A stretch of 64,000 nt of DNA from Candidatus Fermentibacteraceae bacterium (GCA_041750285.1 JBGSZS010000011.1:1-64000); one strand, 5' to 3'; positions 18,560 to 29,113 are shown, counted from the first letter of the stretch. Numbers and translations: made by a program. The notes: a model not told the origin generated them from the sequence alone.

Positions 18560-19041
18560 CGTGTTCCTCCCTGTGGGGCCTCTTCGCCTGGGATCAGCCC
18601 CCCCGCCGCAAGGAACATGCCAACTGCCTGTGGAGATGTCTTGATCTGTTCCATCCTGTCCACCAGGTCGAACCTGAGGCTTTTTCCCTCGGCGTAGGTT
18701 GCCTCTACGTCGGCGTTGAAACCCCGGCCCGCCAGCATGATCATGTCGGGGTCCTGTTCTCCCCCGGAACTGCCGTGACTGAGGACGGCCCCGGTCAGTG
18801 ATGTGGAATGGAGCCAGCCCTCGGTGCCCGATGGGATTCTGACCTGGAACCAGGCGCCCTGGGCGCCTATCACCGAAACCTCGGTTCCGAATGGCACGGT
18901 CGTGATGGGCTGGGCGTAGTGCACGGGCCTTGGGAACAGGCTCTGGTCACGGGTTTTCACCGTGGCCATGCCACCCACCTCGATGTCGTCGGCGAACGCC
19001 AGCAGCGTCACCGAAAGCAGGATCAGTACCGTCAGCTTCAT
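18556..19041 (-). CDS. Secreted SH3b-domain protein
   Basis: Signal peptide MKLTVLILL..., SH3-like GAWFQVR...EGWLH, and LAGRGFN motif. RBS GGAGAGG. Confidence 0.75.
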   Translation of the reverse strand: MKLTVLILLSVTLLAFADDIEVGGMATVKTRDQSLFPRPVHYAQPITTVPFGTEVSVIGAQGAWFQVRIPSGTEGWLHSTSLTGAVLSHGSSGGEQDPDMIMLAGRGFNADVEATYAEGKSLRFDLVDRMEQIKTSPQAVGMFLAAGGLIPGEEAPQGGTR

Positions 19042-19052
19042 TGCCTCTCCTG

Positions 19053-21113
19053 TTACTTTGAAGAAAGGTTCCAAACTCCGTCCCACTGAAGGGACGGACC
19101 CTCGCGGAGCAAGTTTTCACAACGCGCCGCCATGTTTGCAGCAGCCGGATGATCGATCGCCCTGAACATGGGAAGCGCACCTGCCAGATCACCCCTGACG
19201 TATGTATCCAGGGCATGTCCGTAAGAAGCGCCCCACTCCGGCAGGGTTTCGAACGGTGTATAGAGTTCCACGGGCTTCGTCTGACCCACCACCCGGACTG
19301 AATCGAGCTTCAGGAACTGGATCGCGGGGGCGGCCTCCTTCGTGCTCCCGGAGACCAGGAGCCTTGTCCCGTAGACCTTGTTAACCCCTTCGAGCCTGCT
19401 TGCGAGGTTCACGCTGTCGCCCATGATGGTGTAGTCGAAGCGTTTCTCGCTGCCCATGTTACCCACCACCATCGGTCCGGTCGAAAGCCCGATGCGGGTG
19501 ATCAGACGGGGAAACCCGAGCTGTTCCAGCTGCACGTTCAATGCGTCGTGAGCTGCCTGGCATTCCATAGCAGCCCTGCAAGCCCTCTCAGCATGGTCGG
19601 TCATGGGGACCGGAGCGCCCCAGAAGGCAACGATGGCGTCGCCCTCGAACTTGTCGACCGTGCCGCCCCACTTCAGGATGATGTCGGTCATGGCTGTGAG
19701 GTAGTGGTTGAGAAGGGTGACAAGACCTTCCGGTTCGAGCTTCTCGCTGATGCTCGTGAAACCCTGAACGTCACTGAAGAAGGCAGTCATGACCCTTCTT
19801 TCCCCGCCGAGTGTGAGTACGGAGGGGTTTTTGACGACCTGTGCCACGACTTCCGGTGAAAGGTATTGACCGAAGGCGGACCGCAGGAACTTTTTCTGAC
19901 GGTTGGCCCTGAAATTGGCCTCGACCGCGCCGGAGAGGAGGGCGGTAACTCCGGCCGAGAGGGGAGCGGCCGCATCCATCCAGACGCCGTTTTTAAACAG
20001 AACGAACACGGCACCGGCGTAGCCCAGTATCAGCACCGCCCCTGCTGCTATGGACCCTCCAACTGAGTGGACGACAAGCATCACCGTTCCGATCGCCATG
20101 GCGAGAAGGACCGTGACCGCGATGGGAACAAGCGGGTTGGGCCGCTCGATACCCCTTCCTGTCATGAGGTTGTCGTAAACGGTGGCGTGCACTTCAACAC
20201 CGGGGAAGTTGGCGCTGAACGGGGTCGGCTTGAGGTCGAAGAGATCGACCGCGGTGTAACCGACAAGGACGACCGCATCGTCGAAAACCTGTCCGGCGTC
20301 ACCCTGCATCATCATTTCGAAAACCTCATCCGCCCCAAGGGTGGTGTAGGTTCCCCTGGGACCCATGAATTGCGGAATGAATGTGCCTTCATCCGAGACT
20401 GGAACACTCATGCTTCCAAGGTGCAGCCTGCCGTCCGCGAAGGAAGGTGTTTCCCCGGAAGAGATCAGCGCCAGCGCGAGGCCGGGGGAGGGAACCATTC
20501 CACCGGGTGTCCGGAAGAAGAGCGGTACACGTCTGACGACGCCGTCAGGGTCGGCCTGCACCAGGGGAGAGGCAAATGCGGTGGCCCCGGAGGAGATCTC
20601 TGCGACGGGGAACCTGGCGGAGGGGTAGAGGGGACCTTCCAGTGAAACCGTTTCCATCTGGAACAGCGCGTCATCGGGTATGGGTGCCGCGGCCGAGTCT
20701 AGGAACAGGTTGGCGATGAAGACGGTGGGAAGCCTCGATGCCTGCGCCCCGAACAGGCTGTCCTCATAAGCGCCGTACATCGATGAGGTTTCAAATGTTA
20801 TATCGAAAAAGAGCGCTTTCGCGCCCTGGTCGGCCAGGAAACCCGCGAGGTCGGCCCAGATCTCCCTGGGCCAGGGCCATCCGATCCAGTCCATGGATTC
20901 AAGCGATGACTCGTTCAGGGCGATGATGACCACTTTGCGGTCGGCCAGTTCAGGGGCCTTTGACATGCGGCACCTGGCATCGTAGGTCACGGCCTCAAGG
21001 TTGCGCATGACGCCGCCGTTGAGAAGCAGGGCAAAGAGGATGCCCACACCGGCTGCAACTCCGAGTGCCCTGAGTTTCAGGATTCTTTCGGACGGTCCGA
21101 TGGGAAACGCCAT
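19053..21113 (-). CDS. CHASE2-domain class III adenylate cyclase
   Basis: CHASE2 motifs WPWPR, DGVVRR and PGVEVHA, three TM helices, catalytic FSDVQGFT, DKFEGDA and GDSVNLASRLE. Confidence 0.92.
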   Translation of the reverse strand: MAFPIGPSERILKLRALGVAAGVGILFALLLNGGVMRNLEAVTYDARCRMSKAPELADRKVVIIALNESSLESMDWIGWPWPREIWADLAGFLADQGAKALFFDITFETSSMYGAYEDSLFGAQASRLPTVFIANLFLDSAAAPIPDDALFQMETVSLEGPLYPSARFPVAEISSGATAFASPLVQADPDGVVRRVPLFFRTPGGMVPSPGLALALISSGETPSFADGRLHLGSMSVPVSDEGTFIPQFMGPRGTYTTLGADEVFEMMMQGDAGQVFDDAVVLVGYTAVDLFDLKPTPFSANFPGVEVHATVYDNLMTGRGIERPNPLVPIAVTVLLAMAIGTVMLVVHSVGGSIAAGAVLILGYAGAVFVLFKNGVWMDAAAPLSAGVTALLSGAVEANFRANRQKKFLRSAFGQYLSPEVVAQVVKNPSVLTLGGERRVMTAFFSDVQGFTSISEKLEPEGLVTLLNHYLTAMTDIILKWGGTVDKFEGDAIVAFWGAPVPMTDHAERACRAAMECQAAHDALNVQLEQLGFPRLITRIGLSTGPMVVGNMGSEKRFDYTIMGDSVNLASRLEGVNKVYGTRLLVSGSTKEAAPAIQFLKLDSVRVVGQTKPVELYTPFETLPEWGASYGHALDTYVRGDLAGALPMFRAIDHPAAANMAARCENLLREGPSLQWDGVWNLSSK

Positions 21114-21180
21114 AGTTACCTCCGTGCGCCCCGGATAATGTGACGCGATGGATCGCCGCAGGGGCGGTTTCACCCGCGCA

Positions 21181-21189
21181 TGTTATAAT
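21181..21189 (+). promoter_or_regulatory. Extended -10 promoter of the der operon
   Basis: TGTTATAAT (TGn-TATAAT) upstream of the GGGAGG RBS and ATG 21215. Confidence 0.6.
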
Positions 21190-21214
21190 AGAAACCAACG
21201 TACGGGAGGAAGAT

Positions 21215-22519
21215 ATGGCCGAAAGGCTGCCTACCCTGGCTGTGGTGGGCCGGGTGAATGTGGGGAAATCCTCACTCTTCAACAAGATATGCGGTGGGCA
21301 GGGTGCAATAGTCGACAATGCCCCCGGCGTCACCCGAGACAGAAAGTTCGCCCTGGCCGAATGGAACGGCAGACGGTTCCTCCTTGTGGATACCGGAGGC
21401 CTCTCACCAGACAAGGATGATCCCTTTCAGGAGGCTATCCGCCGGCAGGTGGCGTTCGCGGTCGATGAGGCGGACGCGGTCATCTTCCTGACGGACGGAA
21501 CGGCGGGAGTTCACCCCCATGATGAGGAGGCTTCCCGCCTGATACGCAAAAGCGGGCTTCCCGTGATCCTGGCGGTGAACAAGGTGGATACGGCGGCCAG
21601 GCTCGACATGGTCCATGAGTTCAATGCCCTCGGGCTGGGCAAACCGTGGCCTGTGAGCGCAGCACATGGTCTGGGTGTTGCCGACCTTCTCGACTTCGTT
21701 CTTCCATTCCTTCCCGAGGTTCCCGTTCCGGATTTCGAGGGGGTATCGGTTGCCGTCATAGGCCGTCCCAACGTTGGGAAGAGCTCGCTGGTGAACCGTC
21801 TGTGCGATTCTGAGAGGGCCATCGTCAACACAGCCCCGGGAACCACGCGTGATTCCACCGACACGATAGTGAACTGGAAAGAGCACGCGTTCCGCATAAT
21901 CGACACCGCGGGTCTCCGCCGAAAATGCCGCAAGATGGAGGACGTTGAGTTCTACAGCACGCTCAGGTCGTGGCGCAGCGCAGAGAGCGCAGACGTTTGC
22001 ATCGTCATCCTCGACGGAGCCGAGTTCCCCACGGGGCAGGACGCCCGCATACTGAACAGGGTCTGGGAGATGGGCAAAGGCGTGCTGATCTGTGTCAACA
22101 AGATCGATCTCGGAATCGACCGCAACCTCTGGATCGAAAGCATCGTTCAGCGTTTCCCTCCGGCGGCCGACATACCGCTGATGTTCATCAGCGCCCTCGA
22201 GGGAAACGGTGTGGGCAGGATCCTTCCCACGATAAGCCAGATCGCCGAGAGAAGGGCAGTGAAACTCACCACAAGCAAGGTGAACCAGCTGCTCATGAAA
22301 GTCGTGCGTGAAGTCGCCCCGCCCTCGCCGGGCGGCAAGCAGCTGAAGTTCTTCTATGCCACCCAGGTTCGCCAGTCCCCCCCATCATTCCTTCTGTTCC
22401 TGACCCGTCCCGACCTTGTTCCCGAGAACTACCGCAAGTACATCGAGAACTCGTTCAGGAAGGAATTGAACCTGAAGGGAGTGCCAATGCACATAGTTCT
22501 GAGGAAGAGGGACCATTGA
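21215..22519 (+). CDS. der: Ribosome biogenesis GTPase Der
   Basis: Two G domains (GRVNVGKS and GRPNVGKS, DTGG/DTAG, NKVD/NKID) and a KH-like C-terminus. Confidence 0.96.
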   Translation: MAERLPTLAVVGRVNVGKSSLFNKICGGQGAIVDNAPGVTRDRKFALAEWNGRRFLLVDTGGLSPDKDDPFQEAIRRQVAFAVDEADAVIFLTDGTAGVHPHDEEASRLIRKSGLPVILAVNKVDTAARLDMVHEFNALGLGKPWPVSAAHGLGVADLLDFVLPFLPEVPVPDFEGVSVAVIGRPNVGKSSLVNRLCDSERAIVNTAPGTTRDSTDTIVNWKEHAFRIIDTAGLRRKCRKMEDVEFYSTLRSWRSAESADVCIVILDGAEFPTGQDARILNRVWEMGKGVLICVNKIDLGIDRNLWIESIVQRFPPAADIPLMFISALEGNGVGRILPTISQIAERRAVKLTTSKVNQLLMKVVREVAPPSPGGKQLKFFYATQVRQSPPSFLLFLTRPDLVPENYRKYIENSFRKELNLKGVPMHIVLRKRDH

Positions 22520-23097
22520 CACCGGCGCTTCCTGTCGCGGCGGCCTTCCTGACCGGTTCCATCCCCTTCTCCTGGTTCATAGGCAGGTTCATGGGGGTCG
22601 ACCTTCGAAAGATGGGGTCGGGCAACCCGGGGGCCACCAACCTCATGAGGAGCTGCGGCAGGTTTCCGGGCATCCTTGGCCTTCTGCTTGATGCACTCAA
22701 GGGTTCCGTTCCGGTCCTGCTGGTGCGTTCCGCGGCCGTGGGCTGGCTTCCAGCGGCCGTGGCCATGGCGGCCATCCTCGGTCATGTGCTGATGCCGTGG
22801 TTCGGCTTCAAGGGGGGGAAGGGAGTGGCCACTGCGCTTGGCGCCCTTCTGGTGCTCTCACCCCTTCCACTGCTCTGCTCGCTCGGGGTCTTCATGCTCA
22901 CGGTTGCGCTCTTTCGGATGGTAAGCATGGGAAGCATCATGGGCGTGGCCGCCCTGGTGCCCTTCGGCCTGCTGTTCGGGGCCGACCCTTCGGTGATCAT
23001 CGTCTTCGGAGCCGTGGCTTTCGTCGTTATCCTCGGGCACAGGGGAAACATCGGCAGGATCATCCGCGGAACGGAAAGGCGTCTGGGCTCCAGGTGA
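22516..23097 (+). CDS. plsY: Glycerol-3-phosphate acyltransferase PlsY
   Basis: GSIP, GSGNPGATN, FKGGKGVAT and HRGNI motifs. Confidence 0.95.
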   Translation: MTPALPVAAAFLTGSIPFSWFIGRFMGVDLRKMGSGNPGATNLMRSCGRFPGILGLLLDALKGSVPVLLVRSAAVGWLPAAVAMAAILGHVLMPWFGFKGGKGVATALGALLVLSPLPLLCSLGVFMLTVALFRMVSMGSIMGVAALVPFGLLFGADPSVIIVFGAVAFVVILGHRGNIGRIIRGTERRLGSR

Positions 23098-23861
23098 CCA
23101 ATCTTCCACTTCTGATGAAGAGCCTTGTCGACAAAGACCTCAGGGTGCGCTACAAGCGCAGCGTTCTTGGATTCCTCTGGTTCCTTCTGAAGCCTCTTTT
23201 CAGCATGGTGGTCTACACTGTGGTGTTCACCCGGATAATTCGTTTCGGCGGGGCCATCGAGCATTTCAGCCTCTTCCTGCTCACGGGCCTTCTTCCCTGG
23301 AACTTTTTCAGTGCTTCCCTCAGCGCATCCACCAGAACCCTGCTCGACAACCACAGGCTGATCAGAAGCGTGTACTTTCCCAGGGCGGCCCTTCCCATAG
23401 CGGCCGTCCTGGCCAACGCCGTGCACATGCTGCTGGCCATGCTGGTCCTCGTGCTGCTTCTCTGGGCCTGGGGGCATGCGCCTTCGCCGGCGCTGCTCTC
23501 TGTCCTTCCCGCGCTGCTCTTTCTGTGCTGCATGACCTCTGGGCTCTCGCTCGCACTGAGCATATGGAACGTCTACTACAGGGACGTGGCGCAGTTCCTC
23601 GAAGTGCTTCTTCTGGCATGGTTCTACGCCAGTCCGGTCATCTACCCCCTTGGTTCCGATGTGCTCCCCACGAAGGTGGAGGCGGTGATCCGCATGAACC
23701 CCCTCTCCGGTGTGTTTGAGATGCTTCACAGCTCTATGTACTACGGCAACTGGCCTCCGTTGTGGTGCTGGATCAGCGGGGCGGCATGGGCGGCCGGCCT
23801 GCTTCTCCTGGGACTGGCGGTCTTCAGACGGTACGAACCGTCAGTGGTGAAGGAACTCTGA
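23094..23861 (+). CDS. wzm: ABC-2 polysaccharide export permease (Wzm-like)
   Basis: RYKRSVLGFLW, YFPR, RDVAQ, SPVIYP and NPL motifs. GTG start overlaps the plsY stop. Confidence 0.9.
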   Translation: MTNLPLLMKSLVDKDLRVRYKRSVLGFLWFLLKPLFSMVVYTVVFTRIIRFGGAIEHFSLFLLTGLLPWNFFSASLSASTRTLLDNHRLIRSVYFPRAALPIAAVLANAVHMLLAMLVLVLLLWAWGHAPSPALLSVLPALLFLCCMTSGLSLALSIWNVYYRDVAQFLEVLLLAWFYASPVIYPLGSDVLPTKVEAVIRMNPLSGVFEMLHSSMYYGNWPPLWCWISGAAWAAGLLLLGLAVFRRYEPSVVKEL

Positions 23862-23862
23862 G

Positions 23863-25071
23863 ATGGCTGCTACTCCGGGTTCCGTGAGTTTCGACGGGGT
23901 CGGGCTGGACTACCGCCTTTACCGCGACCGCAACGTCACCCTGATGCATACCGTAATGAACCTGTTCGGCCGCGGAACCAGCCGGTCGTGGTTCACAGCC
24001 CTCCAGGACGTCTCCTTCCGTTTCGAACCCGGTGAGGCTGTGGCACTGATAGGGGCAAACGGGGCCGGCAAGTCAACATGCCTGAAGCTGCTCGCGGGGA
24101 TCTACCGCCCCACACTGGGAACGGTATCAACAGCGGGAAGGATTGCCAGCCTTCTTGATCTTGGCGTGGGCTTTCACCCGGAGTTGACGGGATCAGAGAA
24201 CGTGATGCTCAACGGTGCCCTGCTGGGACTCTCACAGGGCGAAATGAAGGCACTGATGCCCGGAATAGCATCGTTCGCAATGCTCGAGCGCTTCATGGAC
24301 ACTCCCGTGAAGTACTACAGCGCCGGGATGTTCATGCGCCTGGGGTTTTCTCTCGCGACCAGCGTTGACCCCGACATTCTTCTCATCGACGAGGTGCTGG
24401 CCGTGGGGGACGCATCGTTCCAGAAACGATGCCATGAGAGGATAGGGGGCTTCAGGGAGCGGGGGAAGACGATCGTTTTCGTAAGCCACGATCCCACGGC
24501 CGTCAAAAGCCTTTGTGAGAGGGCGGTGTGGCTTGACAGCGGCAGGGTCCGCATGGACGGCCCCACCGGGACGGTCCTTGAAGAATACCTTGCCTCGTCG
24601 GGAGGGCGTGTTCAAAAACACGGGGCCGGGATCACCCCCAGGGAATGGGGAACCCGCGAGGTCTTCTTCGAGAGGGTCTCCATCACGGACACAGGCGGCA
24701 CACCCGCCAGTGAGTTCCGCCCGGGTGAGCCTGTTCGTGTTGACACTGTCATTTCGAAGGTTCCTGGTCCTCCCGTCGACGATGTCATACTCGGCTACAG
24801 CCTTCACAGACCCGACGGCGAAACGGTGCTTTCCGGCAACAACCTCGAGTGCGGCGCCCCACTCCTCACTGTTGCGGGCGGCATGAAAGCCTCCATGCTC
24901 CTGAAACTTGCGGCCCTCGAACCCGGAAACTACCTTCTTGGCATCTCACTCACCGGGAACGGCACAGACTACCACTGGCAGGACTACATGTACACGCTCT
25001 CCCTTCTGGGGGAACGCAAACCTGTGCCCGTGAAACTCGAGTCAGTGGAGTTCAGAAGTGACGGGACCTGA
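23863..25071 (+). CDS. wzt: Polysaccharide ABC transporter ATPase with Wzt C-terminal domain
   Basis: GANGAGKST, YSAGMFMRL and IDEVLAVGD motifs, C-terminal Ig-like domain. Confidence 0.92.
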   Translation: MAATPGSVSFDGVGLDYRLYRDRNVTLMHTVMNLFGRGTSRSWFTALQDVSFRFEPGEAVALIGANGAGKSTCLKLLAGIYRPTLGTVSTAGRIASLLDLGVGFHPELTGSENVMLNGALLGLSQGEMKALMPGIASFAMLERFMDTPVKYYSAGMFMRLGFSLATSVDPDILLIDEVLAVGDASFQKRCHERIGGFRERGKTIVFVSHDPTAVKSLCERAVWLDSGRVRMDGPTGTVLEEYLASSGGRVQKHGAGITPREWGTREVFFERVSITDTGGTPASEFRPGEPVRVDTVISKVPGPPVDDVILGYSLHRPDGETVLSGNNLECGAPLLTVAGGMKASMLLKLAALEPGNYLLGISLTGNGTDYHWQDYMYTLSLLGERKPVPVKLESVEFRSDGT

Positions 25072-25711
25072 CGGCTTTTCGGCCTTCGGCGCGTCTGTCG
25101 ACCAGATGCTGCGCACCATTCGAAGGTACGGGATCACTGACGGCCCCGTGCTGGATGCCATGGCCAGGGTTCCCAGGCACCTCTTCATTCCGCCCGGGTT
25201 CAGGAACGCGTGCGATCCCTACGGTGACCACCCTTGTCCCATAGGGCAGGGCCAGACCATTTCACAGCCGTTCATCGTGGCCTACATGGCGGGTCTTCTG
25301 GGAGCGTCTCCGGGAATGCGGGTTCTCGAGGTCGGAACCGGGTGCGGTTACGTTGCAGCGGTTCTGCTCGAGATGGGCTTGACCGTCTGCGGGATCGAGA
25401 TCCTGGGCCCTTTCGCGGAACACGCCTCGCGCACCCTGCGGTCACTCGGATACAGCGGATTCCGCATCATTGCGGGGGACGGAAGCGCGGGCTGGCCAGA
25501 GGAGGGGACTTTCGACGGGATCATTGTCTCGTGCGCCCCCCGGTCAATCCCCGAACCCCTGCTAAGACAGCTCGGGGAGGGTGGCAGGATGGTTGTCCCG
25601 GTTGGTCCGCCCGATGATCAGAGAATGGTGATCGCAAGCAGAATGGGGGAACGCGTCATCCTTGCCAGGGACATCCCGGTGAGGTTCGTGCCCATGGTGG
25701 CATCACCATGA
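25058..25711 (+). CDS. pcm: Protein-L-isoaspartate O-methyltransferase
   Basis: VPRHLF, GQTISQP, VLEVGTGCGY and VRFVPM motifs. Confidence 0.93.
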   Translation: MTGPDGFSAFGASVDQMLRTIRRYGITDGPVLDAMARVPRHLFIPPGFRNACDPYGDHPCPIGQGQTISQPFIVAYMAGLLGASPGMRVLEVGTGCGYVAAVLLEMGLTVCGIEILGPFAEHASRTLRSLGYSGFRIIAGDGSAGWPEEGTFDGIIVSCAPRSIPEPLLRQLGEGGRMVVPVGPPDDQRMVIASRMGERVILARDIPVRFVPMVASP

Positions 25712-27021
25712 CCGCGGCTCCGGCTTCTCTGCGTTCACGGTTCGAAGCGATGGCGGGGAAACCCGGCATCTCAACCCTTGTTCTCCTCCTCGCGGTGCTC
25801 TTTCCCCGTCTGGGATGGTTTGCATGGCTTGGAGGCGAGCTTCCCATGCCGGTCCAGGATCAGGGGCTGTACGTCAGGGCAGCCTCGGCCGTTGCCGCAG
25901 GAAGGGGGCTGAGTTTCTCGCGGGACATGGCCGCCGCAAAGAGCGGTCGGGCGGAGGGGGGACCCCTGGCGGAAGGCTGGGTGGGAAACCCCGATTACGC
26001 CTTTGGCCTGGCGCCCGTAGACACCCCTTCAGCCGTCATGGAACCGGGATACCCTGTTCTCCTCGGCCTGTCTTTCGCCCTCTTCGGGGGGACGGTGGGG
26101 GCCGTATGGCTCGTCAACATGGCTTTCAGCATCATCGGGGCCCTGGCGGTCCGGAGGCTTCTGGGGCGTTTCGGCGATGGCGCCTCGCTTGCCGGGGCAC
26201 TCATGTGGGCGCTCTATCCGCCCTTTGTCTTCTACACCGCCTTCGCCATGACCGAAACGGCGCACGCCGCCCTTCTTGCACTATGCTGTGCGCTTCTTTT
26301 CGAACCCGGGAACACCGCCCGGGGAGCCTTTATTGCCGGTCTCGGTCTGGGTGCGTTCTTTCTTTTCAGGGCCACGGGGTTTCTTCTTCTTCCCGCTGCC
26401 TCGCTCTACATCGGCCTGCGCCGCTGGCGGCACCAGCTTCTTCTCGCGCTCGGTTTCGCGATTGCGGTCTCACCATGGGTGGTCCGGAACCAGCTTGTTC
26501 TTGGTGAACCGGTGTTCATGCCAACGAAGGGTTCGCTGAACCTGTGGATGCGGAATCACCCCGAAGTGCTTCTGGAGGAGGGGATAGCGGTTCCGCCGTC
26601 AATTCCGGTGAACCGCAGGGATCTGCTGGTGTACCCGTCCTACGGGGAGTTCCCGGGCGAGGTGGAAAGAAGCAGGGAGCTCGGACGGTCCGCAAGGGAG
26701 TTCATGGCCGCCAATCCGCGGCTCATGCTCTGGCTTTCTCTCCAGAGGGCGGCGCACTTCCTCTCGCCCGGGGGAAGCACGCTGGGAAGGCCGGCTTTCT
26801 GGGCCGGACTGGCGTTTCTCCTGCCCATACTGGTACTTGGATCCATGGGTATCGCCCGGGAGTTCAGACAACCCGAGACGAGGTTCCTGGCCGGGGTTTT
26901 CCTCTTATATTTTCTGATGCATGCGATCACCCATGGTGGCACCCGCTACAGGCTTCCCGCTGACATGGTCTTCATATCGGGCGCCGCGATGTTTCTTTTT
27001 CGAAAAAGGAAACCGAGCTGA
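25708..27021 (+). CDS. GT-C fold membrane glycosyltransferase (ArnT/PMT-like)
   Basis: Multi-TM protein with PGYP, MTE, PWVVRN and RYRLP motifs. Confidence 0.7.
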   Translation: MTAAPASLRSRFEAMAGKPGISTLVLLLAVLFPRLGWFAWLGGELPMPVQDQGLYVRAASAVAAGRGLSFSRDMAAAKSGRAEGGPLAEGWVGNPDYAFGLAPVDTPSAVMEPGYPVLLGLSFALFGGTVGAVWLVNMAFSIIGALAVRRLLGRFGDGASLAGALMWALYPPFVFYTAFAMTETAHAALLALCCALLFEPGNTARGAFIAGLGLGAFFLFRATGFLLLPAASLYIGLRRWRHQLLLALGFAIAVSPWVVRNQLVLGEPVFMPTKGSLNLWMRNHPEVLLEEGIAVPPSIPVNRRDLLVYPSYGEFPGEVERSRELGRSAREFMAANPRLMLWLSLQRAAHFLSPGGSTLGRPAFWAGLAFLLPILVLGSMGIAREFRQPETRFLAGVFLLYFLMHAITHGGTRYRLPADMVFISGAAMFLFRKRKPS

Positions 27022-28388
27022 AAAGGATTCTCTTCGTATTTCCAGAGACCAGATACCCCTCCGGACAGCCTCCACTGGGCATAGGCATGCTTTCCGCCGT
27101 TGCCAGGGGCATGGGATGGGAACCGCGCCTCTGCGACATGTCCTTCAGCCGGAAGCCCTTCAGCCTTCTCGAAGGCATGCTTCTGAAACACAGACCCGAC
27201 ATAGTGGGCATAAGCGCCCTCACACCGCAGCTCACTGACGCGGCCGAAACATCCGCCATCGTCAGGCGCGTTGCTCCAGGCGCCCTTCTGATCGCCGGCG
27301 GACCCCACCCCACGGTGATGCCGGAAGACACCCTCGAAAGGCTCGGGGTCGATCTGGTGCTTCGGGGCGAGGCCGAAACCTCGTTTTCCATGGTTCTCGG
27401 GGGAGCCGATCCCGCAGAGATCCCGGGATCGGTCTTCATGCGGGACGGCAATGCCGCCGGATCGGGTCCGGCGTCCGTACACCCCGATCTCGACACCCTT
27501 CCCCTCCCGGACCGCAGCGTATTCGACATGGAAACCTACATCAGGCACTGGTACTCGATGGACAGGGTCGATCCGCGTCTCAGGGGAACGACTGTGATGG
27601 CCACGCGCGGCTGCCCCTACCACTGCGCCTACTGCCAGCCAACCCTCTCCATGCTGTTCGGACGGAAGCTCAGAAAAAGGTCTCCCGAATCGATTCTCGA
27701 AGAACTGAAGGGCCTTGTCTCGGATTTCGGGATCAATGCCTTCATGTTCGAGGACTCCACCTTCATAGTCGATCACGAATGGGTCCACAGCATATGCGAA
27801 CGGATCATTGAGAGCGGGCTCGGCCTCTCATGGTGCTGCAACGTCCGAGCGGACCTGCTGACCGGCGACCTTGTGGACCACATGGTGGCCGCGGGACTCA
27901 GGAAGGTCAACATGGGTGTCGAGACAGCCTCGCAAAGGGTCCTCGACGAGATATACCAGAAGGGCATCACGGTCGAGGGTGTGAGGAGGGCGCTCAGGCT
28001 CTGCAAGGAGAGGGGGGTTTTCGTTCAGGGCTACTTCATGCTGGGCACCCCCGGAGAAACCCTGGAAGAGATGCGCGAAACCATCCGGTTCGCAGCGGAG
28101 GAACCATTCGACGACGCTCTCTTCGACATCACCACCCCCTTTCCCCACACCACGCTCTGGGAGCGGACGAAACACCTGATCCGAAGCGACTACTCGCAGT
28201 TCGACTGCTTTCACAACTGCGTTTACGACCTTGCACCCCAGGGCATATCCCCGGGAGAAATCGAGAAGCTCAAGAAGTCGGCGTTCAGGAGGTTCTACCT
28301 GCATCCCCGGAGGCTCGGGGCGACGCTCGGAACGGTCCTGGGTCCCCGGAACATCAGACGCACCCTTCTGAAGGCAAGGCGGGTATGA
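27018..28388 (+). CDS. Cobalamin-dependent radical SAM enzyme (probable CTG start)
   Basis: B12-binding PPLG...GGPHPT...GEAE and RGCPYHCAYC. The frame extends upstream of ATG 27087 to CTG 27018, which overlaps the previous stop and has an AGGA RBS. Confidence 0.88.
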   Translation: MKRILFVFPETRYPSGQPPLGIGMLSAVARGMGWEPRLCDMSFSRKPFSLLEGMLLKHRPDIVGISALTPQLTDAAETSAIVRRVAPGALLIAGGPHPTVMPEDTLERLGVDLVLRGEAETSFSMVLGGADPAEIPGSVFMRDGNAAGSGPASVHPDLDTLPLPDRSVFDMETYIRHWYSMDRVDPRLRGTTVMATRGCPYHCAYCQPTLSMLFGRKLRKRSPESILEELKGLVSDFGINAFMFEDSTFIVDHEWVHSICERIIESGLGLSWCCNVRADLLTGDLVDHMVAAGLRKVNMGVETASQRVLDEIYQKGITVEGVRRALRLCKERGVFVQGYFMLGTPGETLEEMRETIRFAAEEPFDDALFDITTPFPHTTLWERTKHLIRSDYSQFDCFHNCVYDLAPQGISPGEIEKLKKSAFRRFYLHPRRLGATLGTVLGPRNIRRTLLKARRV

Positions 28389-29113
28389 CACGCGTCACGG
28401 TGACGATAGACGACGGCGGGATGACCGATTCCGTGAACCGGGCTGCAGCCCTCTGCATGGACGCAGGCGTCGTGAGAAGGTTCAGCATCATCCCCACAGG
28501 CCCGTGCGTCCCTGCAGCCTGCGAACTCGCCATGAGCCGCGGCGTTGCGGTATCCGCACACCTTGACTGCTGTTCAGGCCCGTTCCTGCTCCCCGAAAGC
28601 CGTTTTCCGAAAGGGTTCGCGGCCTGGGCTCAGAACGCGGGGAGGATGGCACCCCTCGTCAGGCGGGAATGGTGCGCTCAGGTCGAGAGGCTGCTCGGTC
28701 TCGGCGCCATGGTCACAAACCTCGACAGCCACCGCCATCTGCACCATCTTCCGCACCTCAGGGATGTCTTCCTCGACATCGCACGGGATTACCGCATCGG
28801 AACAGTGAGGGCGGCTGTGCTGCCGGACCGGATGCGCCGCTTTCCAATGGGGATGGTTCTTCACAGGCTTGGCACGAGCCTCGCCGGAATGGCCTCACTC
28901 AGGGGGCAAAGCAGTGCGGCCTGGATGCTGGGGTTCGCCGAGAGCGGCAGGGTGGGCCGCAAATACCTGGAGAAGTACATGGGAATTGCCGGGGGTGACG
29001 ACGCCGAGCTGGTGATGCATCCCGCAACCGAAGCAGTCTGGTCGCCCGGTCAGCCCGGAGAGCTCGAACTGATGCTGTCGGACTGGTTCGCGGAGCTTGT
29101 CGCCGATGAATAG
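28385..29113 (+). CDS. YdjC/ChbG/HpnK-family deacetylase
   Basis: TIDDGG, AHL, LDSHRHLH and ELVMHP motifs. ATGA overlap with the previous gene. Confidence 0.85.
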   Translation: MTRVTVTIDDGGMTDSVNRAAALCMDAGVVRRFSIIPTGPCVPAACELAMSRGVAVSAHLDCCSGPFLLPESRFPKGFAAWAQNAGRMAPLVRREWCAQVERLLGLGAMVTNLDSHRHLHHLPHLRDVFLDIARDYRIGTVRAAVLPDRMRRFPMGMVLHRLGTSLAGMASLRGQSSAAWMLGFAESGRVGRKYLEKYMGIAGGDDAELVMHPATEAVWSPGQPGELELMLSDWFAELVADE

